DNA of 64,000 bases from Dehalococcoidia bacterium (GTDB lineage Bacteria; Chloroflexota; Dehalococcoidia; Lucifugimonadales; Australimonadaceae), in the NCBI GenBank assembly GCA_034421335.1, contig DAOUKL010000073.1, positions 13,524 through 77,523 on the forward strand, given 5' to 3'. The position numbers and the translations under genes were made by a program. The notes below the pieces were generated by a model, which was given only the letters and a program-made list of their open reading frames with translations, had not been told where the DNA came from and did no database searches. Numbering within the stretch: position 1 is the first letter of the stretch; each line of letters starts with the position of its first letter. Below, in pieces: positions 17,721 to 27,232 of this stretch.

Positions 17721-18632
17721 ATGGCCCTTCGCCTCCCGCCGCTCGCCGCCGCCGGGCTTGCCGCGCTGCTCCCGGCGCTTATCTCCTCCTGCTCCGACAG
17801 CGCGCCTGCTCCCACCCCCGACCCCTACAGCGGGCTGCTGACCGCCTCGGAGTTCGTCACGGGCGCCAACCGCTTTCCGTTCGGACTCGTCTCGCGCGAC
17901 GGCGCGTTCCTCGATCAGGCGGACGTAACCGTGCGCTTCTTCCGCATCGAGGGCGGCTCGGCGGTCTTCCACGCCGAGGCCGACGCCGTTTGGCGGCGGG
18001 CGGAGGGGACGACGCCGCACCTGCACCCTGACGGCGAACTGCACCTCCACCTCGACTTTCGCGGCTTCTACGTCGTCGACAGCGCCGACTTCCCGGCGCC
18101 CGGCGTATGGGCGGCGGAGTTCGACGTCGCGGACGGCCCGCCCACACGCCGCGCGATCTTCGAGGTGCATACCGAGGCGGTCGCGCCGGCGGTCGGCGAG
18201 CGCCCTCCCGCAACCCGCAACCCCACACTGCGCGATGGGACGCCGTTCGCCGAACTCTCCACCCGGGCGGTGGAGCGCGACGAACTGCATAACGTGTCGG
18301 TCGCCGAGGCGCTGGAGACCGGAGCGCCGTTCGTAGTCTTCTTCGCGTCGCCCCAATTCTGCACCAGCGCTCTCTGTGGGCCGGTTACGGACACCCTCGA
18401 CGCCGCGCGAGCCGAACTGGGCGGCGCGGTCGAGTTCATCCACCTCGAACCCTGGGACCTCAACGCCGCTCGCAACGAGGGCCGACTCGTTCCCGCGCCC
18501 GTCATGCTCGAATGGCGCCTCCCCACGGAGCCCTGGACGTTCGTGGTAGGCGCCGATGGCCGCATAGCCGCCCGCTACGAGGGCCTCGTCGCCGCCGAGG
18601 AAGTCCTCTCAGCCCTCCGCCAAGCCCTGTAA
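17721..18632 (+). CDS. Secreted lipoprotein with a C-terminal thioredoxin-like fold (function unknown)
   Basis: Lipobox LISSC|SDS. The C-terminal half reads PFVVFFASPQFCTSALCGPV...PWTFVVGADGRIAARYEG, resembling TlpA/SCO-type thioredoxin folds. Confidence 0.5.
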   Translation: MALRLPPLAAAGLAALLPALISSCSDSAPAPTPDPYSGLLTASEFVTGANRFPFGLVSRDGAFLDQADVTVRFFRIEGGSAVFHAEADAVWRRAEGTTPHLHPDGELHLHLDFRGFYVVDSADFPAPGVWAAEFDVADGPPTRRAIFEVHTEAVAPAVGERPPATRNPTLRDGTPFAELSTRAVERDELHNVSVAEALETGAPFVVFFASPQFCTSALCGPVTDTLDAARAELGGAVEFIHLEPWDLNAARNEGRLVPAPVMLEWRLPTEPWTFVVGADGRIAARYEGLVAAEEVLSALRQAL

Positions 18633-18639
18633 TCCCCCT

Positions 18640-18878
18640 CCCCCATCTGTCATTCTGGGCGCAGCGAAGAATCTCGAGCGAAGCGCTCGGGGAGAGGGTC
18701 GAGAGTGCGCCCCCTCCCGTCGCCCGCGAAGGCGGGAATCCATCCGGCCCCTCCCCCCGTGGGGGAGGGCTGGGGTGGGGGCTTGCGCGCGAAGCGCGCA
18801 TCCGTTCTCCCCCCGAGGGGGAGATGCCCCGAAGGGGCAGAGAGGGCGGATTGCCCCCCAAAGGGGCAGCGTGGGCTC
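18640..18878. repeat. Mosaic hairpin repeat cluster (E,A,C,B)
   Basis: tgtcattctgggcgcagcgaagaatctcg, gcccgcgaaggcgggaatccatcc, gggggagggctggggtggggg cttgcgcgcgaagcgcgc, ctccccccgagggggagatgccccgaaggggcagagagggcg. Confidence 0.9.
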
Positions 18879-18880
18879 CC

Positions 18881-20293
18881 CTACGCCGTCCGCTCTGGCC
18901 ATACGGGGGCGTGATGGCCGAGGGGCGCCGTGGGCCTGGCCCAGTACGGTTGTGTCTCCGAGAGTTGCAGCGCAGGCGCCAGGTGGCGCAACCGCCCGCC
19001 GGCCGTCGCGGTCGTTATGCGCCAGCGGTCTATCTCCTCGGACGTGAACTCCTCGGGAACGTCCCGCAACTCCGCTTCCGGCGTCTCTCCCCGACCCACA
19101 AGCCAGCGTCCGGTCTGCGCTAGGGAGGCTCGCACCAGCCAGCTTCCTCCCTCGCGGGCCCGGCGGGCCAGGGCCGTCATGACGCCGAAGGCCATCAGGT
19201 AGCCGGTCAGGTAGTCGATGGCCGACACCGGGTAGAACTGCGGCCCCGGCTCCGCGCCCGGGAACAGCTCTCCCTGGCGATCGGTGATGCCGCTCACCGT
19301 CTGCACCACCGTGTCGAATCCGCGCCTGTCGGCCCAGGGCCCCACGCGGCCGAATGCCGACAGGGACACGTAAACGATGCCGGGCCGCAGGTCAGCCAGT
19401 TCCCCCGGCGAGAGTCCACGCTGCGCCAGAGTCCCCGGGCGGTAGCCCTGCGAGAACACGTCGCCCTCGCGGACCAGCTCCCGGAGCGTCTTCATGTCGC
19501 GGTCCTCCCGCAGGTCGAGATGCGCGGAGAGCTTCCCGTGGCCGGTGTCCAGTTCCTGCGACGGACTGAACGGCAGGTGCGGGCCGCTGATCTTCAGCAC
19601 GTCCGCCCCGTGTTCGGCGAGAGTCCGGGCGCAGGTCGGCCCCGCCAGCACCCTCGTCAAGTCCAGCGCCCTGATCCCCGAAAGAGGCCGCGCGCCCTCC
19701 GGCAGAGGCTCGGACGGGCTGTCCCCGATCTTTTCAATCTCCAGCAGCGGCAACGACGCCACTGCGGCGGACTGGGGATGCTGCGCCCACTCCGCCATCG
19801 ACCGCACCATGCCGCCCGCACCCTTCGCGGCAATGATGGCTTCCTCCAGTTCGAGGGCGTCCCACTGCGCCACGGCCAGGCGCGCCGCCTCGCGGTCCTC
19901 CTCGACGCCCAGCACGCCCAGCGCCGCGTCGCGGTGGTTGGGGAAGTTGCAGTGCAGGTAGCTCCAGCGTCCGTCCTTGGCCGGGTACACCCCCATCACA
20001 GCGGAGCGCTCGGCGGGAACCCGCGTTCCGTCCATCTCCAGGTACCTGCCGCTGCGCAGCGAGGCTGTCGCCTGCCGCGCGTCCACCTTCACGTCCTGCC
20101 CGCGTCCTGTGCGCAGCTCCCACAGGTCCGAGACGGCAAGGCCGACGGCGGCCAGGCTGGCGGCTGCTGTTTCCCCGATGCGAAAGGGCGTCGGCAGAAT
20201 GGGGTCCATCCCGCCGGCGACTTCCGGCGCGGAGGCGCGAGCGGGGTCCAGGCCCGCGGCGGTCAGAATCGTCGCCAGCGTTCGCTCAGCCAT
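18881..20293 (-). CDS. Family III CoA-transferase (CaiB/BaiF type)
   Basis: LSGIRALDLTRVLAGPTCARTLAEHGADVLKI, typical of the CoA_transf_3 family; 470 aa. Confidence 0.85.
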   Translation of the reverse strand: MAERTLATILTAAGLDPARASAPEVAGGMDPILPTPFRIGETAAASLAAVGLAVSDLWELRTGRGQDVKVDARQATASLRSGRYLEMDGTRVPAERSAVMGVYPAKDGRWSYLHCNFPNHRDAALGVLGVEEDREAARLAVAQWDALELEEAIIAAKGAGGMVRSMAEWAQHPQSAAVASLPLLEIEKIGDSPSEPLPEGARPLSGIRALDLTRVLAGPTCARTLAEHGADVLKISGPHLPFSPSQELDTGHGKLSAHLDLREDRDMKTLRELVREGDVFSQGYRPGTLAQRGLSPGELADLRPGIVYVSLSAFGRVGPWADRRGFDTVVQTVSGITDRQGELFPGAEPGPQFYPVSAIDYLTGYLMAFGVMTALARRAREGGSWLVRASLAQTGRWLVGRGETPEAELRDVPEEFTSEEIDRWRITTATAGGRLRHLAPALQLSETQPYWARPTAPLGHHAPVWPERTA

Positions 20294-20295
20294 GC

Positions 20296-20398
20296 GGAAC
20301 TCCTTCCGTCATTCCCGCGCCCTTCCGTCATTCCTGCGAAAGCAGGAATCTCGGCCCCCTCCCCCGAAGGGCAAGAGGGCGCGAAGCGCGCCCCCGCG
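20296..20398. repeat. Hairpin repeat cluster (half-A, A, C-like)
   Basis: ccgtcattcccgcgc..ccgtcattcctgcgaaagcaggaatctcg..gccccctcccccgaagggcaagagggcgcgaagcgcgc. Confidence 0.85.
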
Positions 20399-20824
20399 TC
20401 ATGCGCCTCCCTCAGCCTCCCCGCCGCCGCGCAGCAGACGGCTCCCCACTCCCACCGTAATCACCGTGTACAGCGCATCCACCGCCGGGAAGTAGGCGAT
20501 GTGCGAGATGACCACCGCCTCGCCGGTCTCGCTCTCGGGGTTGAGCAACCAGAACCATTGCCAGAAGAACAGCATCGTCAGCGCGACGGCGCCGTAGAAG
20601 GCGGCGTTCGACTGCAGACTGTCGCCGTCCGGCCCGCTCCACTTCCGCATGACGCTGAACGCCAGCGCGATGAGCGTCCCTGCCGCCATGAACCAGTTGA
20701 GCACGTCCCACACCGGATAGTCGGGCGAGGCGTCGTGGTACAGGGGTGTCAGCATGAGGTTGAGGAACACGGCGGCGCCGGTCCCCAGCAGGTACATCCC
20801 CAGGAGCCTTTTCACGATATCCAT
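20399..20824 (-). CDS. Small integral membrane protein (about 141 aa, 4 predicted TM), unknown function
   Basis: Start set at MDIVKRLLGMYLLGTGAAVFLNL (ATG at 20824). It follows the permease gene by 19 nt. The track ORF extends into the permease gene in another frame. Confidence 0.5.
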   Translation of the reverse strand: MDIVKRLLGMYLLGTGAAVFLNLMLTPLYHDASPDYPVWDVLNWFMAAGTLIALAFSVMRKWSGPDGDSLQSNAAFYGAVALTMLFFWQWFWLLNPESETGEAVVISHIAYFPAVDALYTVITVGVGSRLLRGGGEAEGGA

Positions 20825-20843
20825 GATGGAACCGCCTTTCTTC

Positions 20844-22637
20844 TCAGGCTTGACCCTCTTCGTTCTGCGCGGGCTTGGCGGGGGCGCCGCTTCGACTGGC
20901 GACCTCCACGGACACGATGTCGATGTCATGGTACTTCTGGTGCCGCACCGACGACGCGAAGCCCCCCAGCAGCCGGAACGAGAAGTCGCCTCCCTCCGGA
21001 AGGTCCGGCGTGTCGCCGAGGTACGCAACCCTGTCCTCAATGTTGTAGTCCGCCCCATTGGGCGCCGACACGAACTCGAGCTCGGCGGCGGCGCCTTGCA
21101 TCCGGGCGGTCACGACGAGCCGTCGCTGCGGGGCCGAAGCATCCGCTTCGGCGCTGTCGCCGATCAGGCTGGCGAGCGCTTCCTCGCCCACGAGCACGAG
21201 CCGCCCCTCGATCGCCGCAGGACTCCATCCTGCGCTCGAGCCCATCGCGCGCAGGAAATCGCCGAGTTTCGGCAGCGCCTCTTCGTCCAGCGGAACGCTC
21301 AGCCGCCTGCGGCGGCGGCCTGTGAGTTCCAGGAAGACCATCATCAGGATGGCGGCGAGCGCGCCGGAGGTCATGCCGTTGCCCAGCAGCACCTTCAGGA
21401 ACCCGTCGCCCAGCAGCTCAGGGAACACCCAGTTGTTCTGGAAAGCCGAGCCGACCCAGAACGACATCCCTATCACCATCGCGCCCCGGTGATCGATGTG
21501 CTCCTTCAGCACAATCCTCATGCCCTGCACGAAGAGCAGGGCGATGATGACGACGACGTAGACGCCTACAACGGGGCCGGGAATCGCCGTCAGCAGCGCT
21601 CCGACTTTCGGAAAGAACGCCAGCAGGACGAACAGCACGCCGATGATCACCCCAACCCGCCGCGCCGCGATGCCGGTAACCTCCACGAGCGCAATGCTGC
21701 TCGAATAGGTCGTGTTCGGCGGCGTCCCGGCGAGGCCGGAGACAAGGTTCCCGACGCCGTCGGCGTACAGGCCGCCCTGCACCAGCCGGAAGTCGGTGGC
21801 CTGCGGCCTCCGGCGCGAGATCTTCTGTATCGCCACGCCGTCGCCGATCGTCTCAATGGCCCCCGCCAGTGTTGCGACGATGAACGCGGGCAGCAGCGCG
21901 ACGAAGCTCCAGCCGAGGCCCGTGTCGATCCCCGGCCACGAGCCCAACGGCGCCCCCACCCACGCAGCGTCCAGCACCGGCTGGAAGTCGTACAAGCCAA
22001 GCGCCGCCGCTACGATCGAACCGCTCACGACGCCGAGCAGCGGCGACCATAGCCGCAGCCCCGCCGGGCCGCGCAGGATCAACACCCCCACCACGCCCAG
22101 CGTGACGAGAGCCGTTATGAGCGCGTCGGTCTGCGATTCGCCCTCCGGCGTCTCGGTCAGCATCGAGAACACGATGGGCATCACCGTCGCCGCGATCAGC
22201 ATCACCACCGTCCCCGCGACCACCGGCGTGAAGATGCGCCGCAGCAGCGACAGTCGCGCCGCCAGCGCGAACTGGAACAGCGACGACACGATGATGAGGC
22301 TCGCCATCAGCGCCGGGCCGCCCTCCACCAGCGCCGCGACGCACACTGCGATGAACGCGCCCGACGTGCCCATGATGAGCACGTGCCCCGATCCGATGCG
22401 CCCCACTCGCACGGCCTGGAGAATGGTCGAGAGTCCGCTTATCACCAGTGCGGCGAAAATTCCCCAGGCAATGTAGCTCGACGGCTGGTCGGCGATGCGC
22501 CCCACGATGACCACTGTGAGCACCACGGGCGCAAGCATCGTCGCCACAGCCTGCACTCCCGCCCCGAACGCTATCGCCGCGGGAGGCTGCTCGTCCGGCT
22601 CGTACCGGATGTTCTCGTTCACTCCACTCATCGCCAT
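20844..22637 (-). CDS. NCS2-family (xanthine/uracil-type) permease with a C-terminal cytoplasmic extension, paralogue B
   Basis: 597 aa. Motifs IFTPVVAGTVVMLIA and TPPNTTYSSSIALVEVTGIAARRVG...IPGPVVGVY. The C-terminal tail of about 150 aa aligns with that of paralogue A. Confidence 0.8.
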   Translation of the reverse strand: MAMSGVNENIRYEPDEQPPAAIAFGAGVQAVATMLAPVVLTVVIVGRIADQPSSYIAWGIFAALVISGLSTILQAVRVGRIGSGHVLIMGTSGAFIAVCVAALVEGGPALMASLIIVSSLFQFALAARLSLLRRIFTPVVAGTVVMLIAATVMPIVFSMLTETPEGESQTDALITALVTLGVVGVLILRGPAGLRLWSPLLGVVSGSIVAAALGLYDFQPVLDAAWVGAPLGSWPGIDTGLGWSFVALLPAFIVATLAGAIETIGDGVAIQKISRRRPQATDFRLVQGGLYADGVGNLVSGLAGTPPNTTYSSSIALVEVTGIAARRVGVIIGVLFVLLAFFPKVGALLTAIPGPVVGVYVVVIIALLFVQGMRIVLKEHIDHRGAMVIGMSFWVGSAFQNNWVFPELLGDGFLKVLLGNGMTSGALAAILMMVFLELTGRRRRRLSVPLDEEALPKLGDFLRAMGSSAGWSPAAIEGRLVLVGEEALASLIGDSAEADASAPQRRLVVTARMQGAAAELEFVSAPNGADYNIEDRVAYLGDTPDLPEGGDFSFRLLGGFASSVRHQKYHDIDIVSVEVASRSGAPAKPAQNEEGQA

Positions 22638-23095
22638 TACGCGCTAGCCTCCTGCGAAGGCGCAGTCGTCGCCTGCAGGCAGCCGAAGAACTGGTTGATC
22701 TGCGCCTTCGCCACGGTCGTCAGCAGCCGCTGTCCCACCCGCGCCAGCATCCCCGCCACCTGCACGTCCCCCTCGAACGTCAGCGTCGTCGACCCCTCGT
22801 CCGCCGGCGTGAGGGTTACGACGCCCGCCCCGCGCACCGTCGTCCGCCCTCCGCTCCCCGAAGCCGTAAGCCGGTACGACTCCGGACGCGCCTGCTCGGT
22901 CATCTCGATAGTCCCCCTGTAGGACGCGCTAACCGGCCCGACGCGAACGTCGATCTCGTAGGAGAACGCATCGCCCGCAAGCGCCTCGAACGCCCTCACT
23001 CCCGGGATGCAGCCGCCCACGACCGCGGGACTCATCAGCGCGTCCCACAGCTCCTCCCGCGGCAGTTTGAACACGTACGACCCGCTCAATTCCAA
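22637..23095 (-). CDS. coxG: CoxG-like SRPBCC-fold protein (carbon monoxide dehydrogenase subunit G family)
   Basis: MELSGSYVFKLPREELWDALMSPAVVGGCIPGV...; 152 aa. Its stop overlaps the permease start. Confidence 0.8.
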   Translation of the reverse strand: MELSGSYVFKLPREELWDALMSPAVVGGCIPGVRAFEALAGDAFSYEIDVRVGPVSASYRGTIEMTEQARPESYRLTASGSGGRTTVRGAGVVTLTPADEGSTTLTFEGDVQVAGMLARVGQRLLTTVAKAQINQFFGCLQATTAPSQEASA

Positions 23096-23164
23096 GATGC
23101 TCCCCCCGCGCCGTTCCGGTGCCCTTTCCGCTCCTATGATACCCCCTCAATTCTCCCCTCCCCC

Positions 23165-23350
23165 CTCCGGCGCCCGCGAAGGCGGGAACCCACTCTCCCC
23201 CTCTGGGGGAGATGCCCGAAGGGCGGAGAGGGCGCACACACCCTCCCCCGAAGACGGGGGAGGGCTGGGGAGAGGGTTTGCGCGCCGAAGCGCGCACCCC
23301 GTCGTTCCTGCGAAAGCAGGAACCCCGCAGCCACTCCCCCTCGGGGGCGC
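23165..23350. repeat. Mosaic hairpin repeat cluster (A,B,C,A)
   Basis: gcccgcgaaggcgggaaccc, ctccccctctgggggagatgcccgaagggcggagagggcg, ccctcccccgaagacgggggagggctggggagagggtttgcgcgccgaagcgcgc, gtcgttcctgcgaaagcaggaacc. Confidence 0.9.
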
Positions 23351-23458
23351 ACTCCGAAGCAGGCCCGCAGCGATTGACAATCCGACGCCGTCCTATACCC
23401 TTCCCCCGCGCCGGGCGCGCATAACGGCGGACAGGTCGAGGGGAAAGGAGACTTACCT

Positions 23459-23932
23459 ATGACAGTGCCTGTGGAACTGACCATCAACGGGCGTTCCTAT
23501 AGCGCCGAGGTCGAGCCGCGCCAGCTGCTCGTCCACTTCATCCGCGAAGACGCGGGCCTTACCGGCACGAAGGTCGGTTGCGACACCAGCCAGTGCGGGA
23601 CCTGCACCGTCCAGCTCGACGGCGTATCCGCCAAGGCGTGCACCGTGCTCACCGCGCAGGCCTCCGGCTCCTCCATAACCACCATCGAGGGCTTGTCGGA
23701 CGGCGTCGACCTGCACCGGCTCCAGGAGGCGTTCTGGAACAATCACGGCCTGCAGTGCGGGTTCTGCACCCCCGGCATGATTATGGCGGCCGATGACCTC
23801 CTCCGCAGGAACCCGTCGCCCTCCCGCGAGGAGATACGCCACGGACTCGAAGGCAACATCTGCCGCTGCACCGGTTACCAGAACATTGTCAGCGCCATCG
23901 AAGACGCCGCCGGCGCGGGAGGAGGACGGTAA
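23459..23932 (+). CDS. coxS: Molybdenum hydroxylase small subunit, [2Fe-2S]-binding (CoxS-like)
   Basis: [12 protein letters not shown] and QCGFCTPGM...CRCTGY cluster motifs; 157 aa. Confidence 0.9.
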   Translation: MTVPVELTINGRSYSAEVEPRQLLVHFIREDAGLTGTKVGCDTSQCGTCTVQLDGVSAKACTVLTAQASGSSITTIEGLSDGVDLHRLQEAFWNNHGLQCGFCTPGMIMAADDLLRRNPSPSREEIRHGLEGNICRCTGYQNIVSAIEDAAGAGGGR

Positions 23933-23935
23933 GCC

Positions 23936-26290
23936 ATGACCACCAGAGCGTTCAGGTCCGGCATCCGCCGGCGCGAAGACCCAAGGCTCATCACCGGGCG
24001 CGCGTCGTACACCGACGACATCAAGCTCCCCGGCATGCTCCACGCGGCCATCCTCCGGAGCCCCTACGCCCACGCCAACATCACGTCCATCGACGTCGCA
24101 GCGGCCCAGGCGCAGCCCGGCGTCGTCGCCGTCTTCACCGGCGCCGACACGGAGGGCGCCCTCAGCGGCCTGCCCTGCGCGTGGCTCATACCCGGCTCCG
24201 ACCTCAAGACCCCCGCCCACCCCGCCATCGCCACGGACAGGGTCCGCTACGTCGGCGACGCCGTCGCCGTTGTCGTGGCCGGGAGTCGCTACCAGGCCGA
24301 GGACGCGCTCGAACACGTCAACGTCGACTACGAGCCACTCGGCGTCGTCCTCAATCCAAAGGACGCCGCGCAGGACGGCGCCCCGCAGCTCCACGACGAC
24401 GTCCCCAACAACGTCGCGTTCACCTGGGCCGTCGCCGGCGGGGATACCGACGAGGCGTTCGCCCAGGCCGACGTGACCGTGAGCGACACCATCACGCTCC
24501 AACGGCTGATCGCCAACCCGATGGAGCCGCGCTCCGCCATCGCGCAGTGGTCGGCCCCCATGGGCGAGTTGACCCTGTGGAGCACAACGCAGAACCCCCA
24601 CATCGCACGGTTCCTCACATCCGTGGTAACCGGCGTGGCGGAGCACAAGATCCGCGTCATCGCCCCGGAGGTCGGCGGAGGGTTCGGCAGCAAGATCCCC
24701 TACTACGCCGACGAGGCCATCGCCGCCTTCTGCTCCATGCGCCTCGGCGTCCCCGTCAAGTGGACCGAGACCCGCAGCGAGAACTACCTCGCCACCACCC
24801 AGGGCCGCGACCACGTCGAAGAGGTCGAGATGGCCGCCACAAGCGACGGCAGAATCACCGGCCTCCGCGCCACCGTCTACGCCGGACTCGGCGCCTACCT
24901 CTCCACCGCCAGCCCCGGCGTTCCGACCATTCTGCACGGCCTCATGTACTCCGGCCCGTACGATATTCCCAACATCAGCGGAACCGTCTACGGCGTGTTC
25001 AACAACGGCACCCCCGTCGACGCCTACCGCGGCGCCGGAAGGCCCGAGGCCACCACGCTCATCGAGCGCCTCGTCGACCTCGTCGCCGCCGCGATCGGCG
25101 CCGACCCCGCGGAGGTGCGCCGCAAGAACTTCATCCCCAAGTTCGACAACGGCCACGACGTCGCCACCGGCATCACCTACGACAGCGGCGACTACGAAAC
25201 AACGCTCGACGCGTGCCTCGCCGCCGCCAACTACGGCGAACTCCGCGCCGAGCAGGGCCGCGCGCGCTCCGAGGGCCGCTGCGTCGGCGTCGGCGTCTCC
25301 GCCTACGTCGAAATATGCGGCCTCGGCCCCTCGCAGGTCGCCGGCGCCGTCGGCTTCCAGGGAGGCCTGTGGGAGAGCGCCATCGTGCGCTTCCACCCCA
25401 CCGGCAAGGTCAACGTCATGATCGGCTCCTCTCCCCACGGACAGGGCGAGGAGACGACGTTCGCCCAGATCATCGCCCACGAGGTCGGCGTCGACGTCGA
25501 CGACGTCGAGGTCATCCACGGGGACACCGACCTCACCCCTATGGGTTGGGGCACCTACGGCAGCCGCACCACCGCCGTCTCCGGCGCCGCCGTCGCCGTA
25601 GCCGCCCGCAGGATTAAAGAGAAGTCCCGCGCCCTCGCCGCTCATCTCCTCGAGGCCGCGACGGAGGACATCGACTACGAGGACGGACGGTTCTTCGTGA
25701 AAGGCTCGCCCGACCAGCACAAGACCATCCAGGACATCGCGCTCATGGCGAACGTGGCCTGGAACATGCCCGAGGGAATGGAGCCCGGCCTCGAGGCCAG
25801 CGCCTTCTACGACCCGCCCAACTTCACCTTCCCCTTTGGGACTCACGTCGCGGTTGTCGAGGTCGATCCCGACACGGGCCAGATCGACTTGCAGCAGTAC
25901 TACGCGGTCGACGACTGCGGCGTGCAGATCAACCCCATGATCGTCGAGGGACAGGTGCATGGCGGCATCGTCCAGGGCGTCGGTCCCGCCCTCTGGGAGG
26001 GCGTCGTCTACGACGACCAGGGCCAGCCGCTCACAGGCACGATGCAGGACTACGCCCTCCCCCGCGCCGACGCGCTCCCGGAGTTCAACGTCCAGTCGAA
26101 CGAGACGCCGTCGCCCCACCACCCCCTCGGCGTCAAGGGCATCGGCGAGGCGGGGACCATCGCATCGACCTGCACGGTCTACAACGCAGTGATGGACGCG
26201 CTCAGGCCCCTCGGCGTAAATCGGGTCGATATGCCCCTCACGCCCGAGAAGGTGTGGCGCGCCATCAACGACGCACGGAACGGAGGCTAG
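23936..26290 (+). CDS. coxL: Molybdopterin-binding large subunit of a xanthine-dehydrogenase-family hydroxylase (form II CoxL-like)
   Basis: 784 aa. The active-site loop VDAYRGAGRPEAT is the form II AYRGAGR type, not the form I AYxCSFR type. GGGFGSK is also present. Confidence 0.9.
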   Translation: MTTRAFRSGIRRREDPRLITGRASYTDDIKLPGMLHAAILRSPYAHANITSIDVAAAQAQPGVVAVFTGADTEGALSGLPCAWLIPGSDLKTPAHPAIATDRVRYVGDAVAVVVAGSRYQAEDALEHVNVDYEPLGVVLNPKDAAQDGAPQLHDDVPNNVAFTWAVAGGDTDEAFAQADVTVSDTITLQRLIANPMEPRSAIAQWSAPMGELTLWSTTQNPHIARFLTSVVTGVAEHKIRVIAPEVGGGFGSKIPYYADEAIAAFCSMRLGVPVKWTETRSENYLATTQGRDHVEEVEMAATSDGRITGLRATVYAGLGAYLSTASPGVPTILHGLMYSGPYDIPNISGTVYGVFNNGTPVDAYRGAGRPEATTLIERLVDLVAAAIGADPAEVRRKNFIPKFDNGHDVATGITYDSGDYETTLDACLAAANYGELRAEQGRARSEGRCVGVGVSAYVEICGLGPSQVAGAVGFQGGLWESAIVRFHPTGKVNVMIGSSPHGQGEETTFAQIIAHEVGVDVDDVEVIHGDTDLTPMGWGTYGSRTTAVSGAAVAVAARRIKEKSRALAAHLLEAATEDIDYEDGRFFVKGSPDQHKTIQDIALMANVAWNMPEGMEPGLEASAFYDPPNFTFPFGTHVAVVEVDPDTGQIDLQQYYAVDDCGVQINPMIVEGQVHGGIVQGVGPALWEGVVYDDQGQPLTGTMQDYALPRADALPEFNVQSNETPSPHHPLGVKGIGEAGTIASTCTVYNAVMDALRPLGVNRVDMPLTPEKVWRAINDARNGG

Positions 26291-26293
26291 GCC

Positions 26294-27160
26294 ATGTACG
26301 CAGCACAGACGACCTACCACCGCGCAGGCTCCGTGGCCGAGGCGGTGCAACTCCTCGCAGCCAACGAGGGCGCCAAGCCCCTGGCCGGCGGCCACAGCCT
26401 CATTCCGCTCATGAAACTCCGCCTCGCGGCCCCCGCCGCCCTCGTCGACATCGGCCGCATCGCCGAACTGAAGGGCATCGCCGCGACGGACGGCGGCCTG
26501 ACCATCGGCGCGCTCACGACCCACGCGGAGATCGCCGCGTCCGACCTCGTGAAGCAACACGCGCCCTTGCTCGCGGAGGCCGCAGCCCTCGTCGGCGACC
26601 CCGCCGTCCGCAATCGGGGCACTATCGGCGGCAACGTCTCCCACGGCGACCCAGCGTCCGACCTGCCGGCCGTCCTCCGCGCCCTCGGCGCCTCCTTCAA
26701 CGCGACAGGCCCGGGCGGCGAGCACAGCATTCCCGCGGCCTACTTCGCGATAGGCCTGCTGGAGAACTCGCTGGCCGATAACGAAATCCTCACCAGCGTT
26801 TCCGTGCCCGCGACCCCGGCGGGCGCGGGCTCGGCCTACGTCAAGTTCTCCCACCCGGCGTCGCGTTACGCCGTCGTCGGCGCAGCCGTCGTCCTGCAGG
26901 TGAGCGGCGGAACGTGCTCGTCCGCGAGCGTCGTGGTCGGAGGCGTCGAGGCCATCCCGACCAGGGCGGCGTCCGTCGAGGCCGCCCTCGCGGGCTCCGA
27001 CCTCTCCGAAGCTGCCCTCGACGCGGCGGCTCAGGCCGTCGCCGGCGACTTCAACGGCGATGCCGTAGGCGACGTCTTCGCCTCCGAGGACTACCGCAAG
27101 GCCATGGCCGCCGTCTATCTCCGCCGCGCCCTCGCAACCGCCCGCTCCCGCGCAGGCTAG
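26294..27160 (+). CDS. coxM: Molybdenum hydroxylase medium subunit, FAD-binding (CoxM-like)
   Basis: LAGGHSLIPLMKLR and GTIGGNVSHGDPASD FAD-binding motifs; 288 aa. Confidence 0.9.
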   Translation: MYAAQTTYHRAGSVAEAVQLLAANEGAKPLAGGHSLIPLMKLRLAAPAALVDIGRIAELKGIAATDGGLTIGALTTHAEIAASDLVKQHAPLLAEAAALVGDPAVRNRGTIGGNVSHGDPASDLPAVLRALGASFNATGPGGEHSIPAAYFAIGLLENSLADNEILTSVSVPATPAGAGSAYVKFSHPASRYAVVGAAVVLQVSGGTCSSASVVVGGVEAIPTRAASVEAALAGSDLSEAALDAAAQAVAGDFNGDAVGDVFASEDYRKAMAAVYLRRALATARSRAG

Positions 27161-27221
27161 GCTGAGCGAGTACGGACGAACAAGCGCGGGGGCAGGCTGC
27201 GGCCTCGCCCCCGCGCTCAGC
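27161..27221 (+). other. Strong GC hairpin between coxM and the inserted gene
   Basis: gcgcgggggc (27184-27193) pairs with gcccccgcgc (27207-27216). The outer arms gctga/tcagc extend the stem. There is no T-tract. Confidence 0.4.
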
Positions 27222-27232
27222 GAGAGAGCGCG

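Noticed and set aside
19520-21325. 601-aa plus-strand ORF
   Set aside because: It is antisense to the CoA-transferase, small membrane protein and permease genes. It is low complexity and crosses a repeat cluster.
23936-26290. Calling the large subunit a genuine aerobic CO dehydrogenase
   Set aside because: The active-site loop is AYRGAGR (form II), not the form I AYxCSFR motif that carries the Cu-binding Cys.
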